From Octopus sinensis (Eukaryota): 64,000 nucleotides of DNA. Shown piece by piece: positions 37,227 through 50,779 of this stretch. Where the stretch lies: assembly GCF_006345805.1 (NCBI RefSeq), contig NW_021825323.1, forward strand, positions 930,001 to 994,000, given 5' to 3'. The position numbers and the translations under genes are program-made. Position 1 is the first letter of the stretch. The number at the start of each line of letters is the position of its first letter. The notes under the pieces are model-generated. The model worked only from the letters and a program-made list of their open reading frames with translations. It made no database searches and had not been told where the DNA came from.

Positions 37227-37545
37227 TATTTACAGAGGTTTCCGGCCAGTTGGGCATTTGATGGAATGCGACTCTGTAGACTTTCTCTAGCAGCAACATT
37301 GGTTTCTCAGAGCATTCTACTTCAATCAAGTAAAGAACTCTAAAAATAAACGAACTTTCAAATTAGAATTAATGTTTATTTGAAAGAACTTTTAATAAAT
37401 GAAAAACTAAGGCATTTGACATGGATCGTATCCGTCAAAAATCTATCAAGCCATTTTATAACTAATTTTCACCTCTAATTAATAATAATCTTTAAAAATA
37501 TCTCAAACTCGATAATTAGAATAACCCAAATGTTATTAATAAGAG

Positions 37546-38897
37546 CTATAATGGCTTATAGTCCAACTTGCTTTCCAATTTCTTGTTAGCAGAAATTTTT
37601 CTCACAGCCTTCACAAAGTCATCCATTATGACGTAATCCCTGTCTTCCTTAATTGCGAACATTCCTTTAGAATATTTCTAACTGAATTCTACCAGCTTCC
37701 GTACAGACATTCCTCAAATCAGCACCGTTAAAGTTCTCTGAAAGTTTAACAATCCTCTCCCAGTCTAAAATCACCAACAAAGCACAACCAACAAATCCAT
37801 GAACTGTCATTTTGGACGCGTGAATATTAATTATATGCAACCTGGCATGCTGGTTCGGCAAAGGAATTTCTATTTTCTTATCCAATCTACCAGGCCTTAG
37901 TAAAGCAGGGTCCAGTGTATCGGGCCTGTTAGTGGCCATAATCAACATAACCTTCGACAAAGAATCAAACCCATCAATTTGATTAAGCAACTACAAATTA
38001 AAAAAGATGAATTAACCTCCATTAGAGTTCTCTGTATTTCCCTATCAGCAGATGTCCCTTCAGAGAATCTTCGTCCCCCTAAAACTAAATACTGAAAGAC
38101 ACCAATTGCATCAATTTCGTCTATGAAAATAACAGAAGGACTGTTTTCTCGTGCAAATGAAAACATATCTCTGATTAGACGCGAACTCTCCCCAATGTAC
38201 TTATCAACAATTGCACTGGCCACGACTTTAAGGAAATTGCAGTTTATTTGTTTGGCTACAGCCCGAGCTAAAAGTGTTTTTCCAGTTCCAGGAGGGCCGT
38301 AGAGAAGAACCCCTTTTGGAGGCTTCATTCCTACACGAACAAAAATATCTGGATTGACTATTGGCAGTTCAATGACCTAAAAATCAGATTTATTAAGACC
38401 TCTCGAAGTTCCCTTATCTGATCACTGAGTCCACCAATGTCTGTATATGACACATCCCCAGGCTTTTCGACTGACATGTTGTAAACTAAAGGATCCACTT
38501 CTGTAGGGAGAGTTCTCATAATCACGAGGGTTGAGACGTCTAATGCTACTCGCCCAACAATTGAGGATTTGTCCAGTTGACGGCGACAGCCCACCACATA
38601 TCGAGGTCCGTTAGCAGCCTTTACTACAACTGAGAATATTATATGTTTTAATACATGTTTCCTCGTCCAACTTACGGAGAACTTCCCCTACGATTTGGCC
38701 GACACTTTGAAGAGCTTTAAGTCCATTCTCAGTTTTGTCAAATTCATCCTTTAATACTTTGTATTCTTCTCGCACTTTATTTTAGAATATTTTGAATTAC
38801 ATTTTTTTACGTTTTTGTCCATTTTCATGTGATTTCCCAATGTTCGCCTGTAGTTTACAATTACTTGTTCACGTGTGTTTGATACTCGAGGAGGCAT
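37546..38897 (-). CDS. PSMC6: 26S proteasome AAA-ATPase Rpt4
   Basis: [76 protein letters not shown]; introns of 26,25,23,24,26,24,28 nt. Confidence 0.97.
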
Positions 38898-40011
38898 CAC
38901 CACAACAACTTTAAAGCACTATTATCGTATTTATTATATAAAATAATATTTTAGAAAATGGAATTAGAAATCGAATTTTAAAGTTTTCCTACAAATAAAA
39001 TTATTTCAAAGGATTTTACAGTTCTAGATAAGCTTGTCATGAATGAAGTCTCCAAATTTAGAGACCTTAGAATTCCCTCTCAGCTTAAATTGTCTTTGTA
39101 ATCTTCCAATGCAGGCCTTTGAGATTTTGCACTTATCAATACCGAGTAATTAGATGTTTAAAACTCGTTTTATCGTCTTAAAAAACCTGATTTGTGACTT
39201 GATTATGTAATGCTAAAGCTTTTCTTTTTTTCCTTCATTATGAATTTATTTCAATTGGTATTGATAAGTCAAGGTAGATATTCAGGAGAAAGGAGTTAAC
39301 CTCCAGGAAAACAAGCTGAATTTTATATATCAGTGCCAAGTCTCCGCCATCCCTTGTGTAATGACTTGAAATGGACTAATTACCCAAAAAGTATTTAAGA
39401 CAGCTAGCTATAGATAAACCCCTCTAGTCTTGTATATAATTAAGAATGCTTAAAATGCATCAATACTTGCCGATAAATTCCCTACCTGACCTTTTTAGAG
39501 ATTTGCACAATATAGAAAATGGGGAATTGTCGCTTCTTGATCACTGCAAAGGTTGAAAATGCAGTTAATTTTTATTTTCCAAAACAATCCGAAAATAGAA
39601 TGCTTTACGTAGAACATTATAAGTTAGCGTAAAATCATATTTTAGAACAACAGCTGTATGAAAAGAGCAAGTCTCGAATCATCAATAGTTTTGTTAAGTT
39701 CTTTAGTCTTTTCCAGTGTTGGTTTCTGGAGCCTACGTAGTAAAGAAAATAAACTTGTTGTGTTATATGAAAAAGTTATTTATATGTTCATAAATTGATA
39801 TTGTAATGTATAAATTCATATTGCCTCTTAGATACAAAAATCTCTATAATTTATGAAAATATAATTTTGTTTGAATAATAATTTATACATTCATAATTTA
39901 TTATAAAATAGTGCCATGTTTCTAAGATCTGTCAATGAAATCAATTTTTAATTATCCACTTTATTAATTACTTGCCTTAAAAATATTTTAGTATATAAAT
40001 GTCTGAGATAA

Positions 40012-43000
40012 ATGCTTCTACGTTACTCAATGCTATATTTTATTTTATTCAGTAAACTATTTTAATTAAAAATTCAGTTTTATTAAAATGTGAAAAAGAA
40101 AATTCCAACTATCTAAAAATATGTATTAAGTCAAATTGTCGACAAAAAATCAAATTCAGGAAAATTACAAATAATAATAATATTTCCGACAAACTGTACT
40201 CTCGAAGTTAGAATATTTTTTAGAAAAACAAGTTCAGATAGTTCTACAAGACCTACAACAACAGAAAACAATATTCCAACTCGATTAACTATGACGAATA
40301 ATGTCACATCAATTAATACAGTTCCAAAAAACACAACAAAATATTCGCCCAATTTGAACAATAGTCTTGTTATTAATCCGATAGAAAAACAAACTTCAAA
40401 TATATTGTTTCAAAATAAGTGGAATTCTTGGAAAATAATAAAAAATTGTTCTAAAGAATGCGGATATGGAGTTTTTGAAGTTTTGAAAAAGCGGATTATA
40501 AACAGTACTATAGTAGAAAGTAGAGAAAAAATCCCATGCATAAAACAACATTGTCCTAGTTATACTTTTATTGTCTTGTATTTTAAAGGAATTGATGGGA
40601 AATGGAGTTCATGGAGTAATTGGTCAGAATGTTTTTTATTTAGTTGTTCTGACAACGAAGTCAAATACCGACAACGTTATTGCAACAATCCAAGCCCTCA
40701 AAACGGAGGGAAAAAATGTAAAGGCGATAAATTCCAAGTTATGCCGTGCATCGACGGCTGTAAAATTGAATCTGGTTTATTTACGATGGAAGAAGATGGG
40801 AAATTATTCCAACGTATGTGAAAATTTTATAATTTCAGAGTTTAAATATTGCCAGAAAGATACGGAATCAAATATTACATGGCCACCAACTCCGATAAAT
40901 ACAACAATTTATCTAAAGTGTCCAGCAAATAAAACTGGTTTCCCATTTTAATGTTATAAATAAAGGAAAAATAACCAGAGAATGTAACCTTGCAGGAGAT
41001 TGGTTGATTCCAGATTATTCTGATTGTTCTAATGTTGTTGTAAATAATTATGATTCTAATGTAATATAAAAAACCATGTGAATAATTTATAGTTTGAGAA
41101 CGAATATTATTATGAAAATTTCACAAAATTAATTCAATGTCTTAATATAATCAAAAAAGAATGTCAATTCTTTAATATTTTAAGCTCTTTGGAAATGAAA
41201 AGATGTCTAAACGTTAGCAGAAAAATGTTTATGCTCCATATGGACAACAATAAGAGTCTTTCATACAATTTAATAATAGAATATCTGAAAGTTGCTTTAA
41301 CTTTTTTTAATTCTAGAATATTATTTTAATCGAATCAGTGAGTTTAAATAAATATCAATATTTGCGTTACGTATTTAAAGTAACTTTTATACAATAATAA
41401 ATTTTTTAGTCAGAAATAATTGAAGAATCTAAAATTTACTATTCTTTTTATCTAATAAACAAAGCAATGGAAAGATTGCTATATTATTACAATACCAAGT
41501 GCGAATTTTATTCAGATGATAATCTCAGTTTTTTAATATTTAAAAAATAGTAGAAATTTGTTATCTTTCTACTTCCGTAATTAATTTTAACGGAATTTTC
41601 ATAACTTCTAACCCCGAATTTTCATCATTTAATGAGCCAGATATGTTAGACAATGCTTATTCGACAATTAAAGTAAATAAAAAACTTCTAAAAAGATCTT
41701 CATTAGGTTGAATAATTAATAAATTAATTTTAGGATTTACAAACTATGATAAAATTAAAATGGCGGTTTATATTCAAAGTACCTTTTCCAAAAATATAAA
41801 ATACTTTTACGAAACAGAAAATGATAAAATTGGGCTGTTTTTTAATTTAATAATTATAGAAACATAATTGTTAATTCGGATGTGATTGGATTTCAGACAA
41901 TACCGACGTTATCAAAACAAGATTATTTGAATTCTGGAATTGAAATGCAATTTAAAACTTATTTGGTTTCAGTATGACAAATTATATTTTAGAAAGGCTA
42001 CAAGTCCAGATGTAGTCGTTTAGAGACCATAAACCACTTGCAGTTAATTTTATGAATTTATTCAAAGACAATGGAAAAAAGCAAATTGTTCGATAGAAAC
42101 TAATCGAGAAGGATATATGTGTAAATGCAATAAGCAAGGAGTTTATGCCATTACAAGTGATTTGTCAGTTAAAATTGTGATTTATAAAATAGATGCTTAA
42201 CATTTTTATTTAGATTAAAAATGAAGACGATGATTCAATTTATGAGATAATAATTTTGCATCTACTATCAACAACATTTTTATTGATAAGTCTTTTAAAT
42301 TTATTATTAATAAAGTATTCTGATAATTTTTTTCAGAGTTCAAACTGAACGTACATTTTCTCAAATAATGAAAACATTTTGTGCATTTACAGTTAATATC
42401 ATAATTGTGATTATTTTCTTCGACAAAATAAATCAACAAGTAAATTTATAATTGTATTTTTAAGACTATTCACATTCTCTCTTCTATATCTCTTCATTAT
42501 TGCCTTCTTTGCATATCAGGATGGAATGTTTGTGTAATCGTCAGCAACATAAGAAAAGTAATATGAACTAGACGATAAAAATAGTTCTACGCTTTAGATA
42601 TGAAATGCCAAACACTTAGCGTTAAAGAATATTACGGAATTATTGGATTTGCAATACCGGTGATTCCCGTTGCGGTTACATTTATGCTGACTAGTTCCTA
42701 CATAAGTCATAACTAGTCAATTTATGTAATTAAAAAATAGTCACTGGTCAGACAAGTTTGATATATCATGGAGTGTTAAAATTCCATTATTATTTTTTGG
42801 AATAGTAATATGCAATCTTATTTAAATTTAAGATCCAATTGATTATGATTTTCTATACAGTTATATGTCTTAAAAATATGAAACATGAATCAAAATGCAC
42901 ATTCAGATATGAACTATGGTGGTTATTTTTATGAATATTAAAATTCAGTAAGAGAAATTTAATTTATGATGGACTGAATTCTTTTTTTTCTTACCTGTGG

Positions 43001-43350
43001 CTATTTTTTACTGCTGAATCCATGTTCAATGTGAACAGTCGTTATAATCTTATAACTGGAATATTTTCCACTATATCGGTAATGCTATTTGTATTTACTG
43101 TTGAAGACTAGTTTAAATTTGATTGTTTTATTAAAATTTGCCCCAGAAGAATCCTTTTCAGGAAAGCAAGAAAGAATTGAAATGATAACTTATTCAAAAA
43201 TTGGAGAAACTAACGAATTGCTTTTTAAATCAGTTCCAGTGAGATCTAAATGGATGGTTGTTTTATTGTTGATTATGTTTATAGGAATTAACAAATAAAC
43301 CATATGTTGTAATAGAATCAGACAAAACTCGTCCAGTATATAAACAATAA
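40012..43350 (+). CDS. Adhesion GPCR: signal peptide, S/T-rich stalk, TSP1 repeats, HRM, GAIN/GPS, 7TM (BAI-like architecture)
   Basis: DGKWSSWSNWSEC...RQRYCNNPSPQNGGKKC (TSP1); ITWPPTP...CPANKTG.ITRECNLAGDW.IPDYSDC (HRM); WKKANC...CKCNKQGVYAI (GPS); hydrophobic exons including IIGFAIPVIPVAVT. Exon boundaries partly uncertain. Confidence 0.8.
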
Positions 43351-43658
43351 ACTTGGCATTTTAATCCTCACTAACTTAAATACTAAATTTATTATTTTTT
43401 TTGTTTGATTATTGAGAAACCCTTCAAAAATCCCCTGTTTATGGGGAATTTTTATTTTAAAAAATCAAAGCCGTTTCAGATGTTGGTCAAACTCCAATTG
43501 AAACATCAAAAACTTTAAATTTTTTAATTCATTACTTTCGTCACTATTGATGTAAAATAAATTTAAATGACGACCTTTTAAAGTCAAAAGTACAAATACA
43601 ATTCAATAAATAAGCTAGATTTTGAAAACGCTAGCTGTTTAATGTTATTTTAGTTAGC

Positions 43659-44039
43659 ATGTCTAATAAAGCTAAAGATAAGAAGATGTTAAGTGCCGGA
43701 CATTATGAAGATACGTCAAGTAAAAAAAAAGATAAGCAATCTAATAAAACTGAAAATTCAAAAGAAGACAAATTAATGGATGCTCTTTATCATTTAAAAG
43801 AGGCATATCTCTTGGTTGGGGAAGACTATGCAGGAATGTCCCCGGTTATGACAGAATTATCAAATATTGAATCCACGTATTATGCGGACGGGGGAGCAAA
43901 CAGCGCTGTGATCGAAAATATAAAAGATTTAAAAGCAGAGGCTTGGGCACTAGAAATGGTCGCCAAAATGAGACGACCACGTGAGAGATGTCAAGGTCAG
44001 GAATGCTGCATTTACTACCCATATTGTCACCGCTTTTAA
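43659..44039 (+). CDS. Intronless orphan ORF, 126 aa, with Cys-rich C-terminal tail
   Basis: Clean ATG-to-TAA ORF with natural-looking composition in a short intergenic gap; no family recognised. Confidence 0.55.
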   Translation: MSNKAKDKKMLSAGHYEDTSSKKKDKQSNKTENSKEDKLMDALYHLKEAYLLVGEDYAGMSPVMTELSNIESTYYADGGANSAVIENIKDLKAEAWALEMVAKMRRPRERCQGQECCIYYPYCHRF

Positions 44040-44099
44040 CAATTAAAAAACTAACATGCCTTATGTCGTTTTATTAAACAAGGAAATTAATAACACAAA

Positions 44100-47000
44100 T
44101 CAGATTCTAAAAAGCTTCTTGGAGAGGCTTTTCAACTTATTAAAGACATAGGATTCGAGATTTTCAGAACATCTATAAAACACGGAATTTTGCTGATGGT
44201 ATGTTCTGCAGTTCACAAACAGTTTGTTAAGGTCGGCAGTGAATTCGTCGATGAACTTGTAGTGCCCACTATTAGCCCGTTCTTCGATGACAGTCAAGTC
44301 TATTAAAATAGTGACAAAGAACAAACCAATAGGCTCGGATATGATATCAAAATAGTCAGGAAATTCAGCTCCAGAAACAGGATCAATAAATGGCCAAGAC
44401 ATCTTATGAAGCTTAATTTCCCCCACAAATGAAGCCAGAATTGAGTGATGTTCTGGAGTAAAAGGACTTCGATGAGGAACTCCAGTGTCATTCTCATTGC
44501 GTGTACGACAAGACACGCAATTGTAATTCTTCAACATAGTTGCATCCCCTTTGGAAATTCCTACACACTCATAGTGGAACCATTCTTCACAAACAGCACA
44601 GGATATATAATCACTAAATTAACCAATAAAAAGATATTTACAACCGGTAATCAAACGGCTTCCGACACATGCAGTAAAGACGATTCTCACGAGTCCTTCG
44701 CTTCCTGGAGGACTTTGGCTGGATTTCCTCAACAACAGGTTTAGGCTGTCTTTTGGGAGTTTTCTTGGGAACTGGAGCTGGAGGTTTTCGCGGAACTCCC
44801 CCATTGCATTCATCACAAATATATGACTCAATCTTCTCTGCCTCTTCCTCAGTCAGCTGAACGCACGACCCATGAAACCAATTCTTACACTTATCACAGC
44901 CAATGTAAAATCTGTAAAATAATTAAAAATAACTATACTTAGTATTATCATATGGAGTACGACAAACACAATACACATCTCCGACGTCCTTTGGAGCATT
45001 TTCCATGGTAGTACTGTGTCTATTCGAAGACCTTTCAACTGTTCTAGCCTCCTTCTTCTCTGGTTTTATCTTGGAAGTCGTAGGCTGTGAAGAATTATCA
45101 AGAGCCTTCTGAACTTCTGACTAAAGAAGTAATGACGACAAAAAAAACAAACTTTGACTTCTCGTCGAATACTTTGTTCTGTCATTGTCCTCTTGCGAAT
45201 TATAGATCTTTTTAGACTTTCTTTTTGTTTGTGTAGCTGACTCATAATCCGCTGACTTATAATCTTTCTTTGACGAACTGAGGACGAATCAACATGCGAT
45301 ATTCTACGCCGAGAATTCTTCTCATGTCTCTCGACTTTCTCCAACATCATTTTCATAACATTACAGCACGTTTGGCGTCTAATTTGTAGAATAGAGTTAT
45401 CCATACAATTGGTTAGTTTCGAAACTGTCAGCAGGATTGATCAAATCAGCCTCAAGAGAGAGCATTGACTGATCATAAATTGAATCGCCTTCAAATTTGT
45501 CCACAGAACGCATACTCAACTCGTAATGGTTGAGAAAAAATTTGACAACATCAGGATCAGATTTGTAGTATTCATACAGACGTTGTTTGGCTTCAGGATT
45601 GTCGGGATTCTGTGTATATTGTTTCACAACTGCACATAATTAGGAAACCTCCAAAACCTAGTTGAACTGACTTATTGAGTGGAGACATTTCCCAGTCTTC
45701 AAAATTTCGTATTAACCTCGTGGCAGTACGGATATGACGAGATGTCTACAAATTAATTTACTCGGGTCAACTGCGTGACTGTTTTCACCAAATTTTCTAT
45801 GCTGGGACTGATATCCCTTGTGGCCTTGGTAGTCGAAACAGACCTTACTAGTCCTCTAATGTATAAAAAGGGCCATATCATACCGAGGGAGTCAACCCTG
45901 GTTCATATGCGGGCGCGTATGAGTCAGGACGGTTTTGAGTGACCAACCGAAATTTACCATCCGGGCCTTCAACCAATTTTTGACCTGATTTTATTAAATT
46001 TAAAACCAAACTAACCGGCTTTTAAGCCATGAACTTCTGATATTCCATCTTTATTTTTAATGACTCTAATTTTTTGTCGGCCTACAAAATATTTCAATAC
46101 ATAAAAAACAACCATCCCCATCCTGAGCAGATTTAACTGGCACAGCAGTCTTGGCTGAATTCTGAATACTTTGTCTTTGTAAATATATAAAAGTTACCGT
46201 TCATGGAATAAACGAATTTGCCATAACTGGAGAGTTTCCTCCGCAACCCATTCACGGACTTCATAGGATTCATCCATCTTCATTCCATCCCCCAATGGAC
46301 GCTGCCGGGAGGAAAATTTATAGTAATCATCTAAAGTTAATAAAAAGTTACATACCTCGATCATTGCCATATGAAGGCTGGAATCCCTTCAATACAAGAT
46401 ATTCGACTTTTTCTCCATGTCGAGATCCACCATGTTCTGGCCTCCTTTCAAGAATCTCAGTAGTCAAGGTCCCGTTATCAATTGGAGTTACACAACACCC
46501 ACTGGACGGAGCTTGTTCATTCATTTGATTCCATCTAACAAAATATTAGAATACTTACAGACCTAATACAAGTAAAGAATATTTTTAATTGGAGAGAAAA
46601 TGCAGACAACGACTGGACAGTCTGAACTCGATATCTCCAGCCAACTCCAAACGAAGGCCGAGCAAATGGGCCCGGCCAGAAAAGGGAGGAAACTCTCTGA
46701 TCATAATTAAATCCACTGATCTGACGTAATCCGCCACGGCGACACATTCTGGACTGATAACACACACACTACCGAGTGTGCTCTTTCTGGGGAAGAATAA
46801 AAATGCTTTGCTTCTCTCCCTGCGTTGAAAAACGATGAACCTCCGCTAAATGTTGGGCATCGACAGTATTTTCAGTAGACTCGAGTTTATTTGTTAAGCA
46901 TTGCTTCTGATCAGTGGGTGGAAACCACAAAATCATTAACTAAAGAAAATTACAGCGATTATTTTACATTATAAAGACCATTACTAAAACTCTCCTTGTC

Positions 47001-49714
47001 ATTACTATCCAAACATTCAATAATAGTCCTCAAATTGTCATCAACCTTTATGTTATCCCGAGAACTATATTTTTCAAATCACAAATACACACCATCTATA
47101 TAACTCAATCAAATCACAAAAGGATCGCAATTCGCTCTTCAGTTCGTCGTCGTTGTTGGTCAGTGAAAGGTTACGAATGTCAGAAATCGACAAAACACCA
47201 GCCTCTTGAATAGTCTTCAATAATATGTTTCTTCGCTCGTCGATATTTGCAATACATCGTTCAAGCAAAGCATTCAATCTTAAATTATAAATATAAAAAT
47301 ACTTGGCGGACGATATGTTCCAATGAGAATATATCGTGTGTTCGAGTAATCCAGAAGATACGTCTAAAACATCGAGGGATGCGTTTGGATGCGAGCGAGA
47401 ACGTTCCATTTCATTCACAACAGTAGAAGAAATGTCCTCTTCAAGGTAGGAATTACCACCCTCTTTGTTACTGGGTTTATTCTTAAATCTAATTAAAATG
47501 AACGTACATTGCATTCCGACACAAGTTCGCGAATTTTAAGAGACACCATTGCCAATCCGACATAACTCGACTGGCGAATTCGACTCTTTCTGATTACGGA
47601 CACCCAATGCCACCCGGGAGCAAAATAAGTTCTATATTCTTCTCCCTTCTGCTTATGAACCTACGAATTCAGTCAAAAAAACAAAAACCTTGTGAATTAA
47701 AGGATGTGGATATTTTGACAACGAGTATGGCTTAGCCTCCTCCTGGTCCTGTGACTTTTGAACGAGGAGAAGATCATGCTCATATTTCTTCTTCTCTTCA
47801 ATTTCGGATGCTCTCGTGCGTCTCAACCAAAGTACAGCTATTATTAGTCCTCAAAAGCACAGCTTACCACAACTCTCCGTCCACTGGGACGAAAATATAA
47901 TTGGATTGATGTAAGAATAAAGAACAGAAATAGCCATTGAAAATTGAACGTGAGTTTCGCATTTTTGGACTGCCTTGATCCAACTATGCTTGAAATATGT
48001 CCACGTAGAAAACATAAAGGCAGAAGGGATCATATTCTCAAACTGAATTATTCTTTTAATATACGTATTATATAACTTACGATGCTCTCACTGATGTAAG
48101 GATTTGTTTGTATGTCCCATAAATGTGCCCATGCCAACGAAAGTCTGTACTCTGATTAAAACGAGAGAATAAAGTCCGTTTCTTTATTCGCTCCTCTTCT
48201 CTTTGCTTCTTACTCAAAGAATTGTGATCATCCGCTGAAAAGAGATTTACATATTTCTTGTATTCATCGTCTTTCCCTACAAAATAGCATTAAATTATCA
48301 AATTAAATCAATAAATGTCAAATCAATGATAATAATCGATTGATCAAATAATAGTAACAACAACCGAGAACATAAAGATTTTCTAGTTCTTTTGGAGAAG
48401 TCGACAAAACAGGTTTAGTATCTAACAAGTCCTCAGTCTTTGTCTAATTTTCTATAAAAACAAATAAATTGAACCGCTTCCTTGTCGTTAATATCAATAT
48501 TTTGAAATTGTTTTTCTTAAAACGATGAATTTAACACAGAAATACCCTGCCAATCAAAATATGACATCATATCTCCTTTATTAGAGTCAGTTATAATTTC
48601 AGTTATGCGCATTTGTCGCTCGATTTCAGGTCTGGACAACTCAAACTGCTCCAAAAGATTTTTCTCAACACAAATCGAACTGTCAAAACAGCAGAGCAAA
48701 CGCTTAAGCTGATGTACAGTTGAGTAGTACCAACACTGACACCCATTAGCCGAAACTCTAAATCACAAATAGCCACAAAATTTCAACGCAACAACTCTTC
48801 TAGCCATGAGATAATACTTTCGACCACAACGATCATTCCCCAAACAAGAATGACGGGAACACCCCTGAGTACTCTCAAACTGAGACATACAATCTACAAC
48901 CCCGACAACCTAACAAATATTTAAACTACTAAACATTATGTTTCTGACAGACAGTACACACCCAGACTCGCTCATTTTCTGGAATATTCCCGGCAGGAAT
49001 GCACTCATAGTGCATAACACAAGTGCACCTATCACAGCAAATCAGCTCCCCAATCCTAAAAAGTTACAAAAATTAAAAAGCCAACTTTCCACACGACCGA
49101 CAAAAATCCTCGTGGTCTAATTCGGGAGAAGACATCAACTGATTTCTCGCATTAGTTGATATAAAATGGTCAATTAAGATCTGCAGGAGATCCAAATTCG
49201 AATCAATGTCCAAAAGTGGGGCTGCTGGACTTGAAAGTGGACGAGTTGTCTCTGCTGAGTCAAAATCAGGCACAGTCAATCCATTTAAATAAAATCTCAG
49301 AACTTCAGAGTATGTCAGTCCATCCATCAAGTAAAAAAGAATGGAATAATTGTGCAGGACATCGCTGGGGCCAAAAACAATTCCCTTCTGCTCATCGTCT
49401 TTCACAATTGCTTTTATTAGAGCAATAAAAATGTCCGATAACAAAACTGTGTTCTCTTCAGATGTGAGTGCAGAACAAAAAGTTTCAACCCTGAATGGAG
49501 AAAGTCTCAAAGTGTTCCAAAAACGAATAAGAAGTTGATAAATCGAAAGGACGTTCATAACATGGCGGTTCTCCACTAAAAGATCACATGAACTGGGAGG
49601 AATTTCAAAATTCGTGGTTTTTGTTTGAAAATTCATTTTTGAAAATTCTTTCGGGTTTTCTGTCTCGAAATTCTCCTGGCTTATTACTTCGTCCCGAATT
49701 GATGACACATCCAT
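44100..49714 (-). CDS. BPTF: Nucleosome-remodeling factor subunit BPTF/NURF301
   Basis: EIPPSSCDLL...LRLSPFRVETFCSAL (DDT); HEDFCRSCGK..LICCDRC (PHD); LGNDRCGRKYY; WPGPFARPSF; two C-terminal PHD fingers; bromodomain HKMSWPFIDPV..PDYFDII..IDL...NCRTY. Confidence 0.93.
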
Positions 49715-50469
49715 CCACTAGTAATAAATTAAATATATAATTTTCGGTAATATGCATCACAAAGTGTTCTAACTAGAGTATAAGCGTAATAAGGTTGCAA
49801 AATATTAATTATATATTTAAAAATATCAGAAAATTGAATAGTTTATTAATCTTAAAATAATTTATTAATTAAAATTAATCCTGGCACTAAAAGTATATTT
49901 TAAATTTGCACCACAAGAAACAGGAAATACCAAACAGCAATTTAAATTGGTGTCCGTAAATTTAAATTATATCATAATAATAGTTACCATATTAAACAAA
50001 TCTTACTTTTTAATTTATAAATTTTATAAAAAATAATTATTTATAATGTTTATCGTTTCTAATTAATCATTTCCCCCAGTTGTTTTTGTGATGTTTTTTG
50101 ATTGACTTAATTCATATTAAAACCTACAATTCTCTCTCTCCTTTTCAATTATTTCGATTTTTTACACAAATTCAACTCTGTCGAATAATTAATTTATTTG
50201 AAATTACATTTTAAGATCCCATTAGCCCTAAATGTACCATTTCACCACCTTCCTTGTTTTTATTCAACCGCGTGTCATATTAAACTAAGAAAAAATGCAT
50301 TTATTAAAATCAGACAAGTGGGGGAATTAATCAGTCGGCTTTATATTGATATTGTACTAAAATATGGATTTGAAATACTTGAAATCTACAATATTAGTCT
50401 CAAAACGTGCTAATATGTCGATGTATGCTCCACCTGGAAACGATAACAATATTATTTATAGTAGTTAGT

Positions 50470-50760
50470 TGGTTAGCCGTCGGGTCCACAAGCGTGAGAA
50501 TTCTTAGCGTTTTTTATAAGTTGACTTATTTCAGAAATTGATATTGTGATTTCTAAAAAGAAGTTTTTGTAAAGTTTAGTTTTCGGCAACGATTGTCTTT
50601 ATCCATCTTCATGTGACTGATCTTTGCATAGTGATTCATAAGAGTATTTGCATGAACGATTTCGTTTGTCTCTGAACCATTTTGTTTGTCTTTTTTGGTT
50701 AAGGCCAGAGGCGTGTGAAGCTGATTGTGATGTATAAATTCCTTTCAGAGCTCTCTAGAA
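50470..50760 (-). mobile_element. LINE remnant (jockey/I-like, pre-RT region)
   Basis: ISISEISQLIKNAKNSHACGPDG resembles KKTNSCGPDG of the element at 56463-57900. Confidence 0.55.
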
Positions 50761-50779
50761 ATGCTTGGTTCTGTGGTAC

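Noticed and set aside
39020-39750. Possible - strand gene between PSMC6 and the GPCR
   Set aside because: I could not assemble a consistent spliced ORF or recognise a family.
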